Under the pieces are notes generated by a model. It did not search any database and had not been told where the DNA came from. It saw only the letters and a program-made list of their open reading frames with translations. DNA of 64,000 nucleotides, from assembly GCA_963755025.1 (NCBI GenBank), contig CAVWIH010000036.1:1-64000 (forward strand), in the 5' to 3' direction. The translations under genes and the position numbers were made by a program. The stretch's first letter is position 1; every line of letters begins with the position of its first letter. Positions 42,858 through 53,501 of the stretch are shown here, one piece after another. Source of the stretch: an uncultured Actinomycetes bacterium (GTDB lineage Bacteria; Actinomycetota; Thermoleophilia; UBA2241).

Positions 42858-44930
42858 TTAGCTCTTCTGGGCTTCTTCGCGGGCCTTGCGGGCCTCGTCG
42901 ATCACCTTCTGGGCCATGTGGGCCGGCACGTCGTCGTACCGCAGGAACTCCATGTGATAGTCGCCGCGCCCGCCGGTCATGGACGTGAGGTCGGGCGCGT
43001 AGCTCACCATCTCGGCGAGCGGCACTTCGGCGGCGATCACGCTGTTGTGGCCGCGCGGCGTGGTGCCCAGCACGCGGCCGCGCCGCGAGTTCATGTCGCC
43101 GATGATGTCGCCCACGCTTTCTTCGGGCACGGTGACCTCGACGTTCATGATGGGCTCGAGCAGCACGGGCTGGGCCTTTTCGACGGCCGCCTTGAAGCCG
43201 ATCGAGCCGGCGATCTGAAAGGCCATGTCGGACGAGTCGACCGGGTGGTACTTGCCGTCGTAGAGGGTGACCTGCAGGTCGACCAGCGGGTAACCGGCGA
43301 GGAAGCCTTCGACCATGGCCGCCCGCACGCCCTTTTCGACCGCCGGGATGTAGTTGCGCGGGATGGCGCCGCCGACGATCTTGTCGACGAACTCGAAGCC
43401 TTCGCCGCTCTGCCGGGGCGAGACTTCCATCCAGGTGTCGGCGAACTGGCCGCGGCCGCCGGTCTGCTTTTTGTGCTTGCCCTCGGCCTTGGCGTTACCG
43501 CGGATGGTCTCGCGGTACGGCACGCGCGGCGGCTTGAGCTCGACGTCGGCGTTGAAGCGCCGCTTCATGCGCTCGACGGTGACCTCGACGTGCACCTGAC
43601 TCATGCCCGACACGATCATCTCGCCGGTCTGGTCGTCGCGCGCCACGTGCATCATGGGGTCTTCTTCGGCGAGCCGCCGCAGGGCGCTGATGACCTTGTC
43701 TTCGTCGCCTTTGGTCTTGGCCTTGACGGCGAACGACATGAGCGCCGCCGGGTACTCGATGGCCGGGAACGCAGCCGCGCCGTCGGCCGACAGCGTGTCG
43801 CCGGTGACGACCTCTTTGAGCTTGGCGACCGCGCCGATGTCGCCGGCGACGAGGGCGTCGGCGGGCTTGGTCTCCTTGCCCTGCTGCTTGAGCAACGCGC
43901 CGAGGCGTTCTTTGTGGGCATCGCGGGCGTCGGTGAGGTTGGTGTCGCTCGCGATGGTGCCCTGGAAGACGCGGAAGATGTTGATGCGCCCGGCGAACGG
44001 GTCGGCCACCGTCTTGAAGACGAAGGCCGCCGGCGGCTTGGCGGGATCGCACTGGTACTCGACCTCGGTGCCGTCGGCCGTGAAGGCGATCGCCGGCGGC
44101 GCGGCGGCCGGCGACGGCGACAGCGCCAGCAGGTCGAGCAGCAGGTCGACGCCCAGCAAGTGCGTGGCCGAACCGACCGCGACCGGGAAGATCTTGGCGT
44201 CGCGCACGGCTTCGGCGAAGCCGCGCTGCAGCTCGTCTTCGGTGAGCTGCTCTTCGAGGAGGTAGGTCTCGGTGAGCTCGTCGCTCGATTCGGCGACGAC
44301 CTCGACCAGGGCGTCGCGCAGCTCCTGCGCGCGCTCGGCCAGGTCGGCCGGCACGTCGCCTTCGACGACCTTCTGGCCGTCAAGCGTGTAGGCCTTCATC
44401 TTGAGGATGTCGACGACGCCCGAGAACTCGTGCTCGGCGCCGATCGGCAGCTGCACGGCGACGACCTCGTGGCCGAAGGCCTCGCGCAGGCCGGCGAGAC
44501 AGCGGTCGAAGTCGGCGCGCTCGCGGTCGAGCATGTTGCAGAACAGGATGCGGGCGCGGCCGGCGTCGGCGGCGCGTGTCCAGAGGCGCTCGGTCTGCAC
44601 CTCGACGCCCATCACCGTGTTGACCACGACGAGGGCGGTCTCGACGACGCGCAGGGTGCCGATCGTGTCGGCCTGGAAGCTCGGGTCGCCGGGCGTGTCG
44701 ATGAGGTTATAGGTGAGCCCGCCGTGCTCGACGTGGGCAAGCGAGGAAGCCAGGCTGAGCTGACGGCGCTTCTCGTCGTCGTCCCAGTCGCCGACCGTGC
44801 TGCCGTCTTCGATCTTGCCCAGGCGATTGACCACACCGGCGCGAAACAGGAGCGCTTCGAGGAGGGACGTCTTGCCGGTGCCGCGGTGGCCGACGAGAGC
44901 GACGTTCCTGATCTTGCCCGGTTCGTTCAT
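42858..44930 (-). CDS. Elongation factor G-like protein (EF-G2 type paralog)
   Basis: [14 protein letters not shown], degenerate [31 protein letters not shown]; not in an rpsL-rpsG-tuf operon. Confidence 0.9.
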   Translation of the reverse strand: MNEPGKIRNVALVGHRGTGKTSLLEALLFRAGVVNRLGKIEDGSTVGDWDDDEKRRQLSLASSLAHVEHGGLTYNLIDTPGDPSFQADTIGTLRVVETALVVVNTVMGVEVQTERLWTRAADAGRARILFCNMLDRERADFDRCLAGLREAFGHEVVAVQLPIGAEHEFSGVVDILKMKAYTLDGQKVVEGDVPADLAERAQELRDALVEVVAESSDELTETYLLEEQLTEDELQRGFAEAVRDAKIFPVAVGSATHLLGVDLLLDLLALSPSPAAAPPAIAFTADGTEVEYQCDPAKPPAAFVFKTVADPFAGRINIFRVFQGTIASDTNLTDARDAHKERLGALLKQQGKETKPADALVAGDIGAVAKLKEVVTGDTLSADGAAAFPAIEYPAALMSFAVKAKTKGDEDKVISALRRLAEEDPMMHVARDDQTGEMIVSGMSQVHVEVTVERMKRRFNADVELKPPRVPYRETIRGNAKAEGKHKKQTGGRGQFADTWMEVSPRQSGEGFEFVDKIVGGAIPRNYIPAVEKGVRAAMVEGFLAGYPLVDLQVTLYDGKYHPVDSSDMAFQIAGSIGFKAAVEKAQPVLLEPIMNVEVTVPEESVGDIIGDMNSRRGRVLGTTPRGHNSVIAAEVPLAEMVSYAPDLTSMTGGRGDYHMEFLRYDDVPAHMAQKVIDEARKAREEAQKS

Positions 44931-45217
44931 GCTGGTCTCCTCGGGTCGTTAGCGTGCAGACCGGGTCGCACAGCGCAAACGCGCGCGACGGTCGACTGTC
45001 GCGCGCGCAGAGGTTGCAGCCTCGTGGCAGCCGACTGGGCCCCCGTGTGCAGCGTACCTCCGCGTCGAGCCGTCGTGCGTCGTGCTCAAAGTCTGTACGT
45101 CCTTTTGTGACCTGACCGCACGAACGCCCTCGACCCTGCCCGCGGCCCGCCATGGCGTGAACGACAGGGCGGTCGGGGCGCCGGCTTTGGGAGCTCGTGC
45201 CCACAAATGGGTGGAGT

Positions 45218-46396
45218 CTAGCACAAGCTCCTGCCCTTGGCGCAGGTGGCGGCCGGGCGCACGGCGTGGCGGCCGTAGCGGGCCCGCACGGCGTCGACCG
45301 CCTCGTCTAAGGCGAGGTCTTTCCAGCCGTCGTCGAAGGTGAGCTGGTAGGCGCCGCTCACGAGACCACTCAGCGTGACGCCCAGCAAACGGACGCGCCG
45401 CGGGCCGAGGTCGACGTCGGCGAGCAGGCCGGCGGCGGCGGCGTAGACGGTGCGGGTGCTCGTCGTGGGCCGCGGCAGGGTGAGGTGGCGCTCGAGCGTG
45501 TGGAAGGTGTTGTCGCGCACCTTGAGCGCCACGGTGCGCGCCGCGTAGCGCTGCTCGCGCAGCCGCGCCACGAGCTCGTCGGTCAGCGCGAGCAGGGTGG
45601 CGCGCAGGGCGAGGGGCTCGGCCGTGTCGGTGGCGAAGGTGGTCTCGTGGCTCATGGACGAGGGCGCGGCGGCGGCGGGGCGCACGGGCGACAGGCTGCG
45701 CCCGAAGGCGAGCTGTTTGAGCGGCCGCGCGCCCCGGCCGAAGGCCGCGGCGAGGTACGGCAGGGGGACGTCTTGCAGCATGCCCACCGTGGTGAGGCCG
45801 AGGGCGTGCAGGCGCTCCTGGGTGACCGGCCCGACGCCGAAGAGCTCGCCCACGGGCAGCGCCCGCAGGCGGCCGTGGACGTCGGCGTCGTTCAGCACGC
45901 CTATGCCGGCCGGCTTGTTCAAGTTGGCGGCCAGCTTGGCGAGCAGCTTGTTGGGGGCGACGCCCAGCGTGCAGGTGAGGCCCTGCTCGTCGTAGACCAG
46001 TTCCTGGATGCGGCCGGCGATGGCGCGCGGCGGCCCGAAGAGGCGGCGGCTGCCGGCGACGTCGAGGACGGCTTCGTCGATCGACACCGGCTCGACTAAG
46101 TCGGTGAACCGCCCGAAGAGCTCGAGCAGTTCGGTATGGACGGCGGAGTAGGCCTTGAGGTCGGCCGGCAGGAACACGGCCTGGGGGCACAGCCGCCGCG
46201 CCTGGGCCACAGGCATGGCCGAATGAACGCCGCAGGCGCGTGCCTCGTAGGAGGCGGCGGCGACCACGCTACGCCGCTCGGCGCGCCCGCCCACGACCAC
46301 CGGCCGGCCGCGCAACTCGGGGCGGCGCGCCTGTTCGACCGACGCGAAGAAGGCGTCCATGTCGATGTGGATGATGGCGGGAGCCTCTACGAACAT
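45218..46396 (-). CDS. dinB: DNA polymerase IV
   Basis: HIDMDAFFASVE, ASYEAR..GVHSAM, SIDEA, NKLLAKLA...KP.G. Confidence 0.93.
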   Translation of the reverse strand: MFVEAPAIIHIDMDAFFASVEQARRPELRGRPVVVGGRAERRSVVAAASYEARACGVHSAMPVAQARRLCPQAVFLPADLKAYSAVHTELLELFGRFTDLVEPVSIDEAVLDVAGSRRLFGPPRAIAGRIQELVYDEQGLTCTLGVAPNKLLAKLAANLNKPAGIGVLNDADVHGRLRALPVGELFGVGPVTQERLHALGLTTVGMLQDVPLPYLAAAFGRGARPLKQLAFGRSLSPVRPAAAAPSSMSHETTFATDTAEPLALRATLLALTDELVARLREQRYAARTVALKVRDNTFHTLERHLTLPRPTTSTRTVYAAAAGLLADVDLGPRRVRLLGVTLSGLVSGAYQLTFDDGWKDLALDEAVDAVRARYGRHAVRPAATCAKGRSLC

Positions 46397-46403
46397 ACGT
46401 TCG
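46390..46403. promoter_or_regulatory. LexA SOS box (Gram-positive type CGAAC-N4-GTTCG) overlapping the dinB start
   Basis: CGAACATACGTTCG; -10 TATACT on the minus strand at 46406-46411. Confidence 0.85.
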
Positions 46404-46440
46404 TAAGTATACCCGCTTTCGCGGACGCCACCCCCTAAAA

Positions 46441-47582
46441 TGTCCTATCCCCGAGTAGTACCGACACTCGGAGCTTTCTTGCTTCTCTTGTCTCACTGAG
46501 GTGGGGCGGCGCATCCTTTCTGCAAGGAACTGCCAGGTTCTCGCAGAAGGAGCGCCGCCCCATGACCAATGATGATGTCCTTTTCGCCTACCGTCTACGT
46601 GTGCTTGCCAGCGCCCGGGAGCTGGGATCGGTGGCCGCGGCCTGCCGCATGCACGGCATCCACCGCTCGACCTTCTACCGCTGGAAGGGCGCCGTCGACC
46701 GCTTCGGGCTGGAGATCCTGCGACCGCGCGAACGCCGCCGCCCGCAGATGCCCAACGCCATCCCGGTCTTAGTCGAGCAGCGCATCGTCGCCTTCGCCCT
46801 GGGCTACCCGGGCTACGGACCGGCCCGAATCGCCTCCGAGCTGGCGCGCGCCAAGCACGGCGGCTTTACGGTCTCGCCCAACGGCGTGTGGCGCGTGCTG
46901 CGCCGCCATGGCCTGCACACCCGCGCCCTGCGCAACGCCCTGCTGGCCGGTTATGCGGCGCCGCCCGCACCGGCCCGCGAGCCCGCCCCGGAGCGCCACA
47001 TCGCAGTCGACCACCCCGGCGAGCTCGTGCAGATGGACTGCTTTTGCATCGGGCGCCTGGCCGGCACCAAGGGCGTGGTGTGGCAGTACAGCGCGATCGA
47101 CGCAGCCTCCTCTTTCACCTGGGCCGAGCTGCACACGACACCCAGAAACCCCGACGTGCGCTTCTGCTCGCACCCGGCGCACCGCGTGGCCGGCGATCTG
47201 CGCAACGCCGGCTGGCGCCTGGAGCGCGTGAGCACCGACAACGGCTCGGAGTTTCGCAACCACGCCTTCGACGCCACCCTCGAGCGCCTCGGAGCCGGCC
47301 ACACGCTGATCAGCCCGGGGCGCCCGCAGTCGAACGGCTTCGTGGAACGTGTGCAGCGCACCATCTTGGAGGAGTGCTGGAAGCCCTCCTTCGCGCGCTA
47401 CCTGGTGCCCAAGTACATGGGGCTGCGCCGCGAGCTTGAGCGCTACCTCGAGCTCTACAACTACGACCGCACGCACAACGGGCGCCTGACTCGTGATCGG
47501 ACGCCCGCTGAGGTGTTCGGTGCCGCTAAGATGTTCGAGTAGTGGCAGACGGGATGCGTCGCTACATCTTGGGGTCAGTACA
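46441..47582 (+). mobile_element. IS481-family insertion sequence, ~1.14 kb
   Basis: TGT...ACA ends with imperfect ~27-bp inverted repeats (tgtcctatccccgagtagtaccgacac vs rc tgtactgaccccaagatgtagcgacgc). Flanks ccctaaaa / cgctaaaa match 7 of 8, a possible target duplication. Confidence 0.85.
46562..47542 (+). CDS. IS481-family DDE transposase
   Basis: N-terminal HTH GIHRSTFYRW; DDE triad in VQMDC, TDNGSEF and SNGFVER; YNYDRTH. Confidence 0.9.
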   Translation: MTNDDVLFAYRLRVLASARELGSVAAACRMHGIHRSTFYRWKGAVDRFGLEILRPRERRRPQMPNAIPVLVEQRIVAFALGYPGYGPARIASELARAKHGGFTVSPNGVWRVLRRHGLHTRALRNALLAGYAAPPAPAREPAPERHIAVDHPGELVQMDCFCIGRLAGTKGVVWQYSAIDAASSFTWAELHTTPRNPDVRFCSHPAHRVAGDLRNAGWRLERVSTDNGSEFRNHAFDATLERLGAGHTLISPGRPQSNGFVERVQRTILEECWKPSFARYLVPKYMGLRRELERYLELYNYDRTHNGRLTRDRTPAEVFGAAKMFE

Positions 47583-47586
47583 CGCT

Positions 47587-47638
47587 AAAAGAGAGGGGCG
47601 CGGCGGCGGCTTGCAAAGCCGCCGCCGCGCCCCTCTCT
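47587..47638 (-). terminator. Intrinsic terminator after the CAP-domain gene
   Basis: About 22-bp stem agagaggggcgcggcggcggct / agccgccgccgcgcccctctct with a T4 tail on the minus strand. Confidence 0.8.
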
Positions 47639-47679
47639 GACACGAGAAGCCGTCGGGCGCGTAGGGCGCCCCGCGCGGG

Positions 47680-48201
47680 CTACTTCACCCGGCGGCCGAA
47701 GTCGACCGTGAACATGGACACCCCGGTAAGGCCGCGCAGCGTGCCCTTGAAGCGCCCCACCCCGATGTCGCGAAAGCTGCGCTGCAGGATGACGGCCCGA
47801 TGCACGGGACTCTTCATCCACTGCCGAAAGACGCGCGCCACCGCCTTGGCGCCGCGACCATAACCGATGATCTCGCCGACCCTCCAGCTGGTGCAGCCCC
47901 CAGTCGAGTACCCGAACGCCCGCAGCCTGTTGGCATACGAGGCCCCGCCGTAGGACAGGTGGGAGAAGTAGCCCCGCCTGAGCATGTCGCGGGAGTGCGC
48001 GCGCGAGCCGCGTTCGAGCGAGGCGACGACGCGCACGGCGTGCCGTCCGCGCGTCGTGCGGGCGTGGTTGATGAGGGCCAGCACGGCTTTTTCGGGGGCG
48101 GTCAGGTGGATGGCGGCAGCGGCGGGCGGCGCTGTCGCGGCGGCCCAGCCCCCCACTGCCACGAGCACGCAGCAGACGAGGATGATCGACTTCATGGTCA
48201 C
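47680..48201 (-). CDS. Secreted CAP (SCP/YkwD-like) domain protein
   Basis: Signal peptide; LINHAR, HSRDMLRRGYFSH, GEII, WMKSPVHRAVIL. Confidence 0.88.
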   Translation of the reverse strand: MTMKSIILVCCVLVAVGGWAAATAPPAAAAIHLTAPEKAVLALINHARTTRGRHAVRVVASLERGSRAHSRDMLRRGYFSHLSYGGASYANRLRAFGYSTGGCTSWRVGEIIGYGRGAKAVARVFRQWMKSPVHRAVILQRSFRDIGVGRFKGTLRGLTGVSMFTVDFGRRVK

Positions 48202-48258
48202 TCCCTCCCGTCGTCTCGACTTGGGCGACGGTGACCAGTTCGCCGGGCGTCCCCGGAA

Positions 48259-48783
48259 TCATCCTCGCGAAACGGCTGTCGCGGCGGCGGCGGCCAGTCC
48301 GCTACGTCTCAAGGGCGCCGATGCCTTCGTCGTCGCCGCTCGGGCGTGCGTGACTTCTTCGCGCGCCTGGGCCGCCGATCGACTTCGTCGTCGCCGCTCA
48401 GGCGTGCGTGACTTCTTCGCGCGCCAGTCGGCGGTATCGGGGTCGTCTGCCGCGATGGGCACCCGGGGGACGTCGCGCCAGAGCGCTTCGAGGCGGTAGA
48501 AGTCGCGCGCGGCGGGCGTGAAGACGTGCACGACGAGGTCGAGGTAGTCGAGCAGGATCCATTCGGCTTCGCGCTCGCCCGCGGCGTGGGCGACGCGCAC
48601 GCCCTGGGCGCGCAGCCCTTCGTTCACGGCGTCGGCGATGGCCTTGGCCTGACGGGTGCTGCCGCCGCTCAAGATGACGAAGTAGTCGGTGTAGCCGACG
48701 GCTTCGGCCATGTCGAGGACGACAGGATCGTGGGCTTTCTTGTCGGCGGCGAGTCGCACGGCCATGCGCACCAGGTCCAGCAC
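48259..48783 (-). CDS. rsfS: Ribosome silencing factor RsfS (Iojap); 3' end extended by a repeat
   Basis: DKKAHD..VLD, TDYFVI.SG.S.RQ..AI, WILLDYLD.VVHVF...R.FY.LE.LW. Confidence 0.9.
   Translation of the reverse strand: MLDLVRMAVRLAADKKAHDPVVLDMAEAVGYTDYFVILSGGSTRQAKAIADAVNEGLRAQGVRVAHAAGEREAEWILLDYLDLVVHVFTPAARDFYRLEALWRDVPRVPIAADDPDTADWRAKKSRTPERRRRSRSAAQAREEVTHARAATTKASAPLRRSGLAAAAATAVSRG
48325..48425. repeat. Tandem pair (58-bp period) of a dispersed hairpin repeat
   Basis: cttcgtcgtcgccgctc[g/a]ggcgtgcgtgacttcttcgcgcgcc occurs twice; related to 63416-63533. Confidence 0.85.
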
Positions 48784-48806
48784 TCGCTCGTTCTGCTCGC
48801 TCGCGG

Positions 48807-49961
48807 CTACTGCAGATCCTTTGCCTTGAGGTCTTTGCCGACGATGACGACCACGGTCGTATCGGGCAGCCCGCTGCCCGTGAGGACAACGCCGCCGCCG
48901 AGTATACCACGCACCTGATTGGCCAGGCCGAAGGCCTTGGCGCCGGCCAGGATCTGCGTGTCGGCGTAGTTGAACGACGCGGCGTTGGTCACCGCCGGCA
49001 GGTTGACGTTGAGGCCGGCGAGCCTGGTCACGACGAGCGCGCCCACGCCCAGGGCGCCGGAGCCGTTCTCGACCACGACCGTGTAGGGAGCGTGGAAGAA
49101 GCGGGCGTTGCGGGTGATCTGTGCCGTGATGGCGGTCGGGTCGGGGCGCCAGGCGAACTGTCCGTCGGCGACCTGGCCGGCCGAGGGCAGGCGGGTCACG
49201 GTCACGCGGCCCGAGGTGAGCGTCTCAAGCAGGTCGCGGGCGTCGACCACGGCGAGCCCCGGCTGGTGCGCCGCCAGCGTCGTGATCTGGGCCTTCTGGC
49301 GAGCCGCGGGCACCGCCGCGGCGCCGGCCAGGGCGGCCGCGAGAACGTCGTCCTGAGCCGTGGCCTGGTCGGTCTGGCCCTTGCCGGCGGCCGAGAGGAC
49401 GGTCGCCAGCTGTCCGGCCGGCAGCGAGAAGCGCCCGTTGAAGAGGCGGATGGCGCCGTTCATCTGCAGGCTGAAGGGAGCCGCCGCGCTGACCAGCAGG
49501 TCGCTGCCGCCGGCGAGGCGGCCGAGGTCGGCGTAGGTCAGGTCGAGCCTGTAGCTGATGGGCGCGTGCGCGAGGCGTTCGAGGTAGGGCTTGAGCTGGC
49601 CTTCGGCGGCGACGTCGCCGGCCATCACGTACTCGCCGGCGGCGTTGGTGAGCAACAGGTCGGGCGGGATCGTGTACAGGGTGGTCGTGGCGAGGCTCTC
49701 GCTGTGCACGAGCAAGGCCGCCGTGGGCTGCGTACCGGCGCCCCCGTGGATGGTGACCAGCGCCAGATAGCCGGCGCTGCCCGGCAGCACGTGGTGGTGG
49801 CGCAGGCTGTGCGCGAGGTGCACGGCGCCCAGCACGGCGCCGAACGCGACCGCGGCGGCGAGGGCGTAGAGCGCGATGTTCTGCAACGCGCCCCAGCGCC
49901 GGTTGCGGCGGGCCGCGAGACGGCGGGCGCGGTAGCCTTCGGTCTTACGACTGCGTGCCAC
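48807..49961 (-). CDS. Membrane protein with degenerate LCP-like region and LytR C-terminal domain
   Basis: N-terminal TM helix; V.VENGSG..GVG, NA.SFNY..TQI, VVVIVGKD. Confidence 0.75.
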   Translation of the reverse strand: MARSRKTEGYRARRLAARRNRRWGALQNIALYALAAAVAFGAVLGAVHLAHSLRHHHVLPGSAGYLALVTIHGGAGTQPTAALLVHSESLATTTLYTIPPDLLLTNAAGEYVMAGDVAAEGQLKPYLERLAHAPISYRLDLTYADLGRLAGGSDLLVSAAAPFSLQMNGAIRLFNGRFSLPAGQLATVLSAAGKGQTDQATAQDDVLAAALAGAAAVPAARQKAQITTLAAHQPGLAVVDARDLLETLTSGRVTVTRLPSAGQVADGQFAWRPDPTAITAQITRNARFFHAPYTVVVENGSGALGVGALVVTRLAGLNVNLPAVTNAASFNYADTQILAGAKAFGLANQVRGILGGGVVLTGSGLPDTTVVVIVGKDLKAKDLQ

Positions 49962-51123
49962 GTTTCTCCTTGTAGAGCGCCAGCATGAGCGGGTGCGGCT
50001 CGCGGCCGCGCGCCCGCAGTCGTTCGATGTCGCGTGTCACAAGCGTGAGCACGGCGGCGTCGAGCGACTCCATGGCCTCGTCGCGCACCTCGTCGACGCC
50101 CTTCCAGGTGCGGCCCTGGGCGGTGGCGTCGGCCACGAACAGGCAGGCGTCGAGCACGGTCATGCGCGGTCCGCCCAGCGTGTGGCGGCGGATGGCTTCG
50201 GCGATCGGCGCGGCGAACCCTGCTTCGGCGACCTCGGCGGCCGCGACGCGTGCGTGCAACAACTGCACCGGGTACTCCTCCTCGATCGGCTCGATCGTCA
50301 GTCCGTGTCGCTGCGCCTGGCGCAGCACCTCGTCGGCGCCGAGCTCGCGGCACAGGTCGTGCAGCAGACCGGCGACGGCGGCGTCGTCGGGCGCCGCGCC
50401 CCAGCGCCGGGCGAGGCGCTCCGCTTGCAGCGAGGTCGCCCTGCAATGTGCTTCGAGCTCGGCCGACAGGCCGCGTTGTCTGAGCAATCGTTCGGCACGT
50501 TGGCGCTCGCCCATGAGCGATTCGCCTGGCGCGTAGAGCCCCTCTTCGCCGATGAAGCGCTCGACCGCGGGCGGCACCAGGTAGCGGATCGGCCGACCGG
50601 CGCGCACGCGCTCGCGCACCATGCTCGACGAGACGCCGATCGCGACGCTGGGCATGACGGTGACCCTGCCCGCTCCCCACCTCGCCGCCTCGCGCGCCAC
50701 GGCGGCGAGGTCGTCGCCGGGGCGCGGCGCCACCACCAGGTGCGCCAGCGCGACGATCGCGTCGGGTTCGTGCCAGGTGGCGAACGACAGCAGGGTGTCC
50801 GACCCGGCGATGAAGGCAAGCTGCCTGTCCGGATAGAGGCGCCGAAACTCGGCCAGCGTGTCGCTCGTGAAGCGCAGACCCAGGTCGATCTCGGCGGAGG
50901 AGACGCTGAAGCGGTCGTCGCCCTCGACGGCCAGGCGGGTCATGTCGAGGCGCGCGGCGGCCGGCACGTCGTCGGCGATGTCCTTGTGCGGCGGGGCGCC
51001 GGCCGGCACGAAGACGACCCGCTCGAGGCCGAGCTGGGCGCAGGCGTCGGAGGCGATGGCGAGGTGGCCGACGTGGGGCGGGTTGAAGCTGCCGCCCAGC
51101 ACGCCGACGGGTCGCGGATCCAC
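49945..51123 (-). CDS. nadD: Nicotinate-nucleotide adenylyltransferase fused to a YqeK-like HD hydrolase
   Basis: GGSFNPPHVGH, PPHK, SSSMVR, YI.EEGLY-like end (FIGEEGLY); then in frame AHC..T, AGLLHD, LLHA, IRRHT.G, LFVAD. Confidence 0.9.
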   Translation of the reverse strand: MDPRPVGVLGGSFNPPHVGHLAIASDACAQLGLERVVFVPAGAPPHKDIADDVPAAARLDMTRLAVEGDDRFSVSSAEIDLGLRFTSDTLAEFRRLYPDRQLAFIAGSDTLLSFATWHEPDAIVALAHLVVAPRPGDDLAAVAREAARWGAGRVTVMPSVAIGVSSSMVRERVRAGRPIRYLVPPAVERFIGEEGLYAPGESLMGERQRAERLLRQRGLSAELEAHCRATSLQAERLARRWGAAPDDAAVAGLLHDLCRELGADEVLRQAQRHGLTIEPIEEEYPVQLLHARVAAAEVAEAGFAAPIAEAIRRHTLGGPRMTVLDACLFVADATAQGRTWKGVDEVRDEAMESLDAAVLTLVTRDIERLRARGREPHPLMLALYKEKRGTQS

Positions 51124-51137
51124 CGGCCGGCCGCCGC

Positions 51138-52388
51138 TCAGGTGCGCACCTGTCCGTCACCCCAGGCGACGTACTTCAGGCAGGTGAGCTCGCGCAACGA
51201 GATCGGTCCGCGCACGTGGAGCTTTTGCGTGGAGATGCCCATCTCGGCGCCCAGGCCGAACTGCCCGCCGTCGGTGAAGCGCGTCGAGGCGTTCACGTAG
51301 ACGGCGGCGGCGTCGACCTCGCGGGTGAAGCGCGTGGCGGCCGACGAGGTCGGCGGTGACGATCGCCTCGGAGTGGCCGCTGCCGAACGTGGCGATGTGG
51401 TCGATGGCCTCGTCGAGCGACTCGACCACGCGTACCGCCATCTTGAGGTCGAGGAACTCGGTCTCGTAGTGCGTGCGGTTGGCGCGCTTGAGGGGCTGGT
51501 CGGGCACGAGCTCGGCCGTGGGCCGGTCGACGACCAGCTCGACGCCGCGCCGCGTGAGCTCGGCCACCACGACGCGGCAGGAACGCGCGCGGCGACGTCG
51601 CGGTGCACGAGCAGGGTCTCGGCCGCGTTGCACACGCCGGGCCGCTGGCACTTGGCGTTGACCGTGATCGCGAGCGCCATGTCGAGGTCGGCGGCGGCGT
51701 CGACGTAGACGTGGCAGTTGCCGCCGGCGGCGGCGATCACCGGCACCCTGCTGTGCTCGGCGAGCAGCTCCTTGAGCTCCTCGCCGCCGCGCGGGATGAC
51801 GACGTCGATCAGGCCCTTGAGGGCGACGAGCTCGAGCAGCGCCTCGCGCGGCCCGGCGATGAAGGTGACCGCCTCGGCCGGCAAGCCCGCCTCGAGCACC
51901 GCGCCCTGCACGACCTCGGCCAGCATGCGGTTGGAGTGCTTCGCCGCGCTGCCGCCGCGCAGCACGACGGCGTTGCCCGACTTCAGGCAGATCCCGGCGG
52001 CGTCGACGGTCACGTTGGGGCGCGCCTCGTATACGACGGCGACCACGCCGAGCGGCACGCGCACGCGGGTGAGCTCGATGCCGTTGGGCAGCCGGCGGCC
52101 GTCTTCGATCTCGCCGACGGGGTCGGGCAGCGCGGCGAGCTCGCGGATGCTCGTGGCGGTCTCCTTGAGCCTGTCCTCGTCTAAGTAAAGGCGGTCGACC
52201 AGCGCGGCGCTCAGCTTGTTGGCCCGGGCGAGTGCCACGTCTTCGGCGTTCTCGGCGAGGATCTCGCCGGCGCGGCGGCGCAGGGCCTCGGCGATGAGCT
52301 CGAGGGCCTCGTCTTTGCGAGCCCGCGACAGCGAAGCCAGCAGGCGCGAAGCCGTGCGAGCCTTGCGGACCTGTTCTTCGATCGTCAC
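51138..52388 (-). CDS. proA: Gamma-glutamyl phosphate reductase; frameshifts
   Basis: [56 protein letters not shown]. Confidence 0.94.
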   Translation of the reverse strand: MTIEEQVRKARTASRLLASLSRARKDEALELIAEALRRRAGEILAENAEDVALARANKLSAALVDRLYLDEDRLKETATSIRELAALPDPVGEIEDGRRLPNGIELTRVRVPLGVVAVVYEARPNVTVDAAGICLKSGNAVVLRGGSAAKHSNRMLAEVVQGAVLEAGLPAEAVTFIAGPREALLELVALKGLIDVVIPRGGEELKELLAEHSRVPVIAAAGGNCHVYVDAAADLDMALAITVNAKCQRPGVCNAAETLLVHRDVAARVPAASWWPSSRGAASSWSSTGPRPSSCPTSPSSAPTARTTRPSSSTSRWRYAWSSRSTRPSTTSPRSAAATPRRSSPPTSSAATRFTREVDAAAVYVNASTRFTDGGQFGLGAEMGISTQKLHVRGPISLRELTCLKYVAWGDGQVRT

Positions 52389-53485
52389 CGCGCCTCCTCT
52401 TCGATCAGTACCAGATGGTCGCGATGCACGACCTCCTCGTCTAACTGCGGCACGACCCGGCGCGCCTCGGCGCTGCGCAGCCCGGCCACGCGGCGCAGGT
52501 CGCGCGCCCCGATCGCCGCCAGGCCGCGGGCGATCTCGCCGCGCCCGGCGCGCACCACCGAGACCGCGTCGCCTGCCGTGAAACTGCCGTGCACGCCGGT
52601 GACGCCCACCGGCAGCAGGCTGCCGCCGGCTTCGGCCAGGGCGCGCGCGGCGCCGGCGTCGACTTCGACCGTGCCGCGCACCGGTTTGGCGTAGCGCAGC
52701 CACAGCTTGAAGGCGGAGCCGCCTTCGCGGCGGCCCGGCACCGTGGTGCCGACCGGCACGCCGGCGGCGGCGTCGGCGATCACGCCGGGCCGCCCGCCGC
52801 GGGCGATGACCGTGCGCACGCCGGCGCCGGCCGCCATGAGGGCGGCCGCCGTCTTGCCGCTCATGCCGCCGGCGCCCCCGCCGGCGCTCCACGTGACGCC
52901 GTCGAGGTCGGCGCCCGAGGTGAGCTCGGCGATGGGGCGGGCGGCGGGGTCGCGCGACGGGTCTGAGGTGTAGAGGCCGTCGCGGTCGGTGAGCAGCAGC
53001 AGCAGGTCGGCGCGCAGCATGATGGCCACCTGGGCGGCCAGCACGTCGTTGTCGCCAAAACGGATCTCGTCGGTCGCGGTGGTGTCGTTTTCGTTGACGA
53101 TCGGCACGATGCGCCAGGCCAGCAGGCGTCGCAGGGTGGCCCGCGCGTTGACAAAGCTGCGGCGCTGGGCGAAGTCGGTGCTGGTGAGCAGGACCTGCGC
53201 GGCCGTGCAGCCGTGCCGGGCGCAGAGCCGCGCGTACGCGGCGAACAGGCGGCCCTGGCCGACCGCCGAGGCGGCCTGCAGGTCGGCCATGCGCTCGGGG
53301 CGCTCGGTCAGGCCGAGGGCGCTCTGACCGCAGGCGATGGCCCCGCTCGAGACGACGACCACGCGGTGGCCGGCTTCGGTCAGGGCGGCCACTTCGGCGA
53401 TGAGCGCGGTCAGCACGGTGCGCCGCAGGCGCCCGCGGCCGTCGGCCACGGTGCTCGAGCCGAGCTTCACTACGATGGTCCTCAT
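52385..53485 (-). CDS. proB: Glutamate 5-kinase (with PUA domain); probably leaderless
   Basis: VVKLGSS, VSSGAI, GQ, NENDT, FGDND, GGMSGK; TACAAT lies 7 nt before the ATG at 53485. Confidence 0.94.
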   Translation of the reverse strand: MRTIVVKLGSSTVADGRGRLRRTVLTALIAEVAALTEAGHRVVVVSSGAIACGQSALGLTERPERMADLQAASAVGQGRLFAAYARLCARHGCTAAQVLLTSTDFAQRRSFVNARATLRRLLAWRIVPIVNENDTTATDEIRFGDNDVLAAQVAIMLRADLLLLLTDRDGLYTSDPSRDPAARPIAELTSGADLDGVTWSAGGGAGGMSGKTAAALMAAGAGVRTVIARGGRPGVIADAAAGVPVGTTVPGRREGGSAFKLWLRYAKPVRGTVEVDAGAARALAEAGGSLLPVGVTGVHGSFTAGDAVSVVRAGRGEIARGLAAIGARDLRRVAGLRSAEARRVVPQLDEEVVHRDHLVLIEEEAR

Positions 53486-53501
53486 GGTCGCCATTGTAGC
53501 G

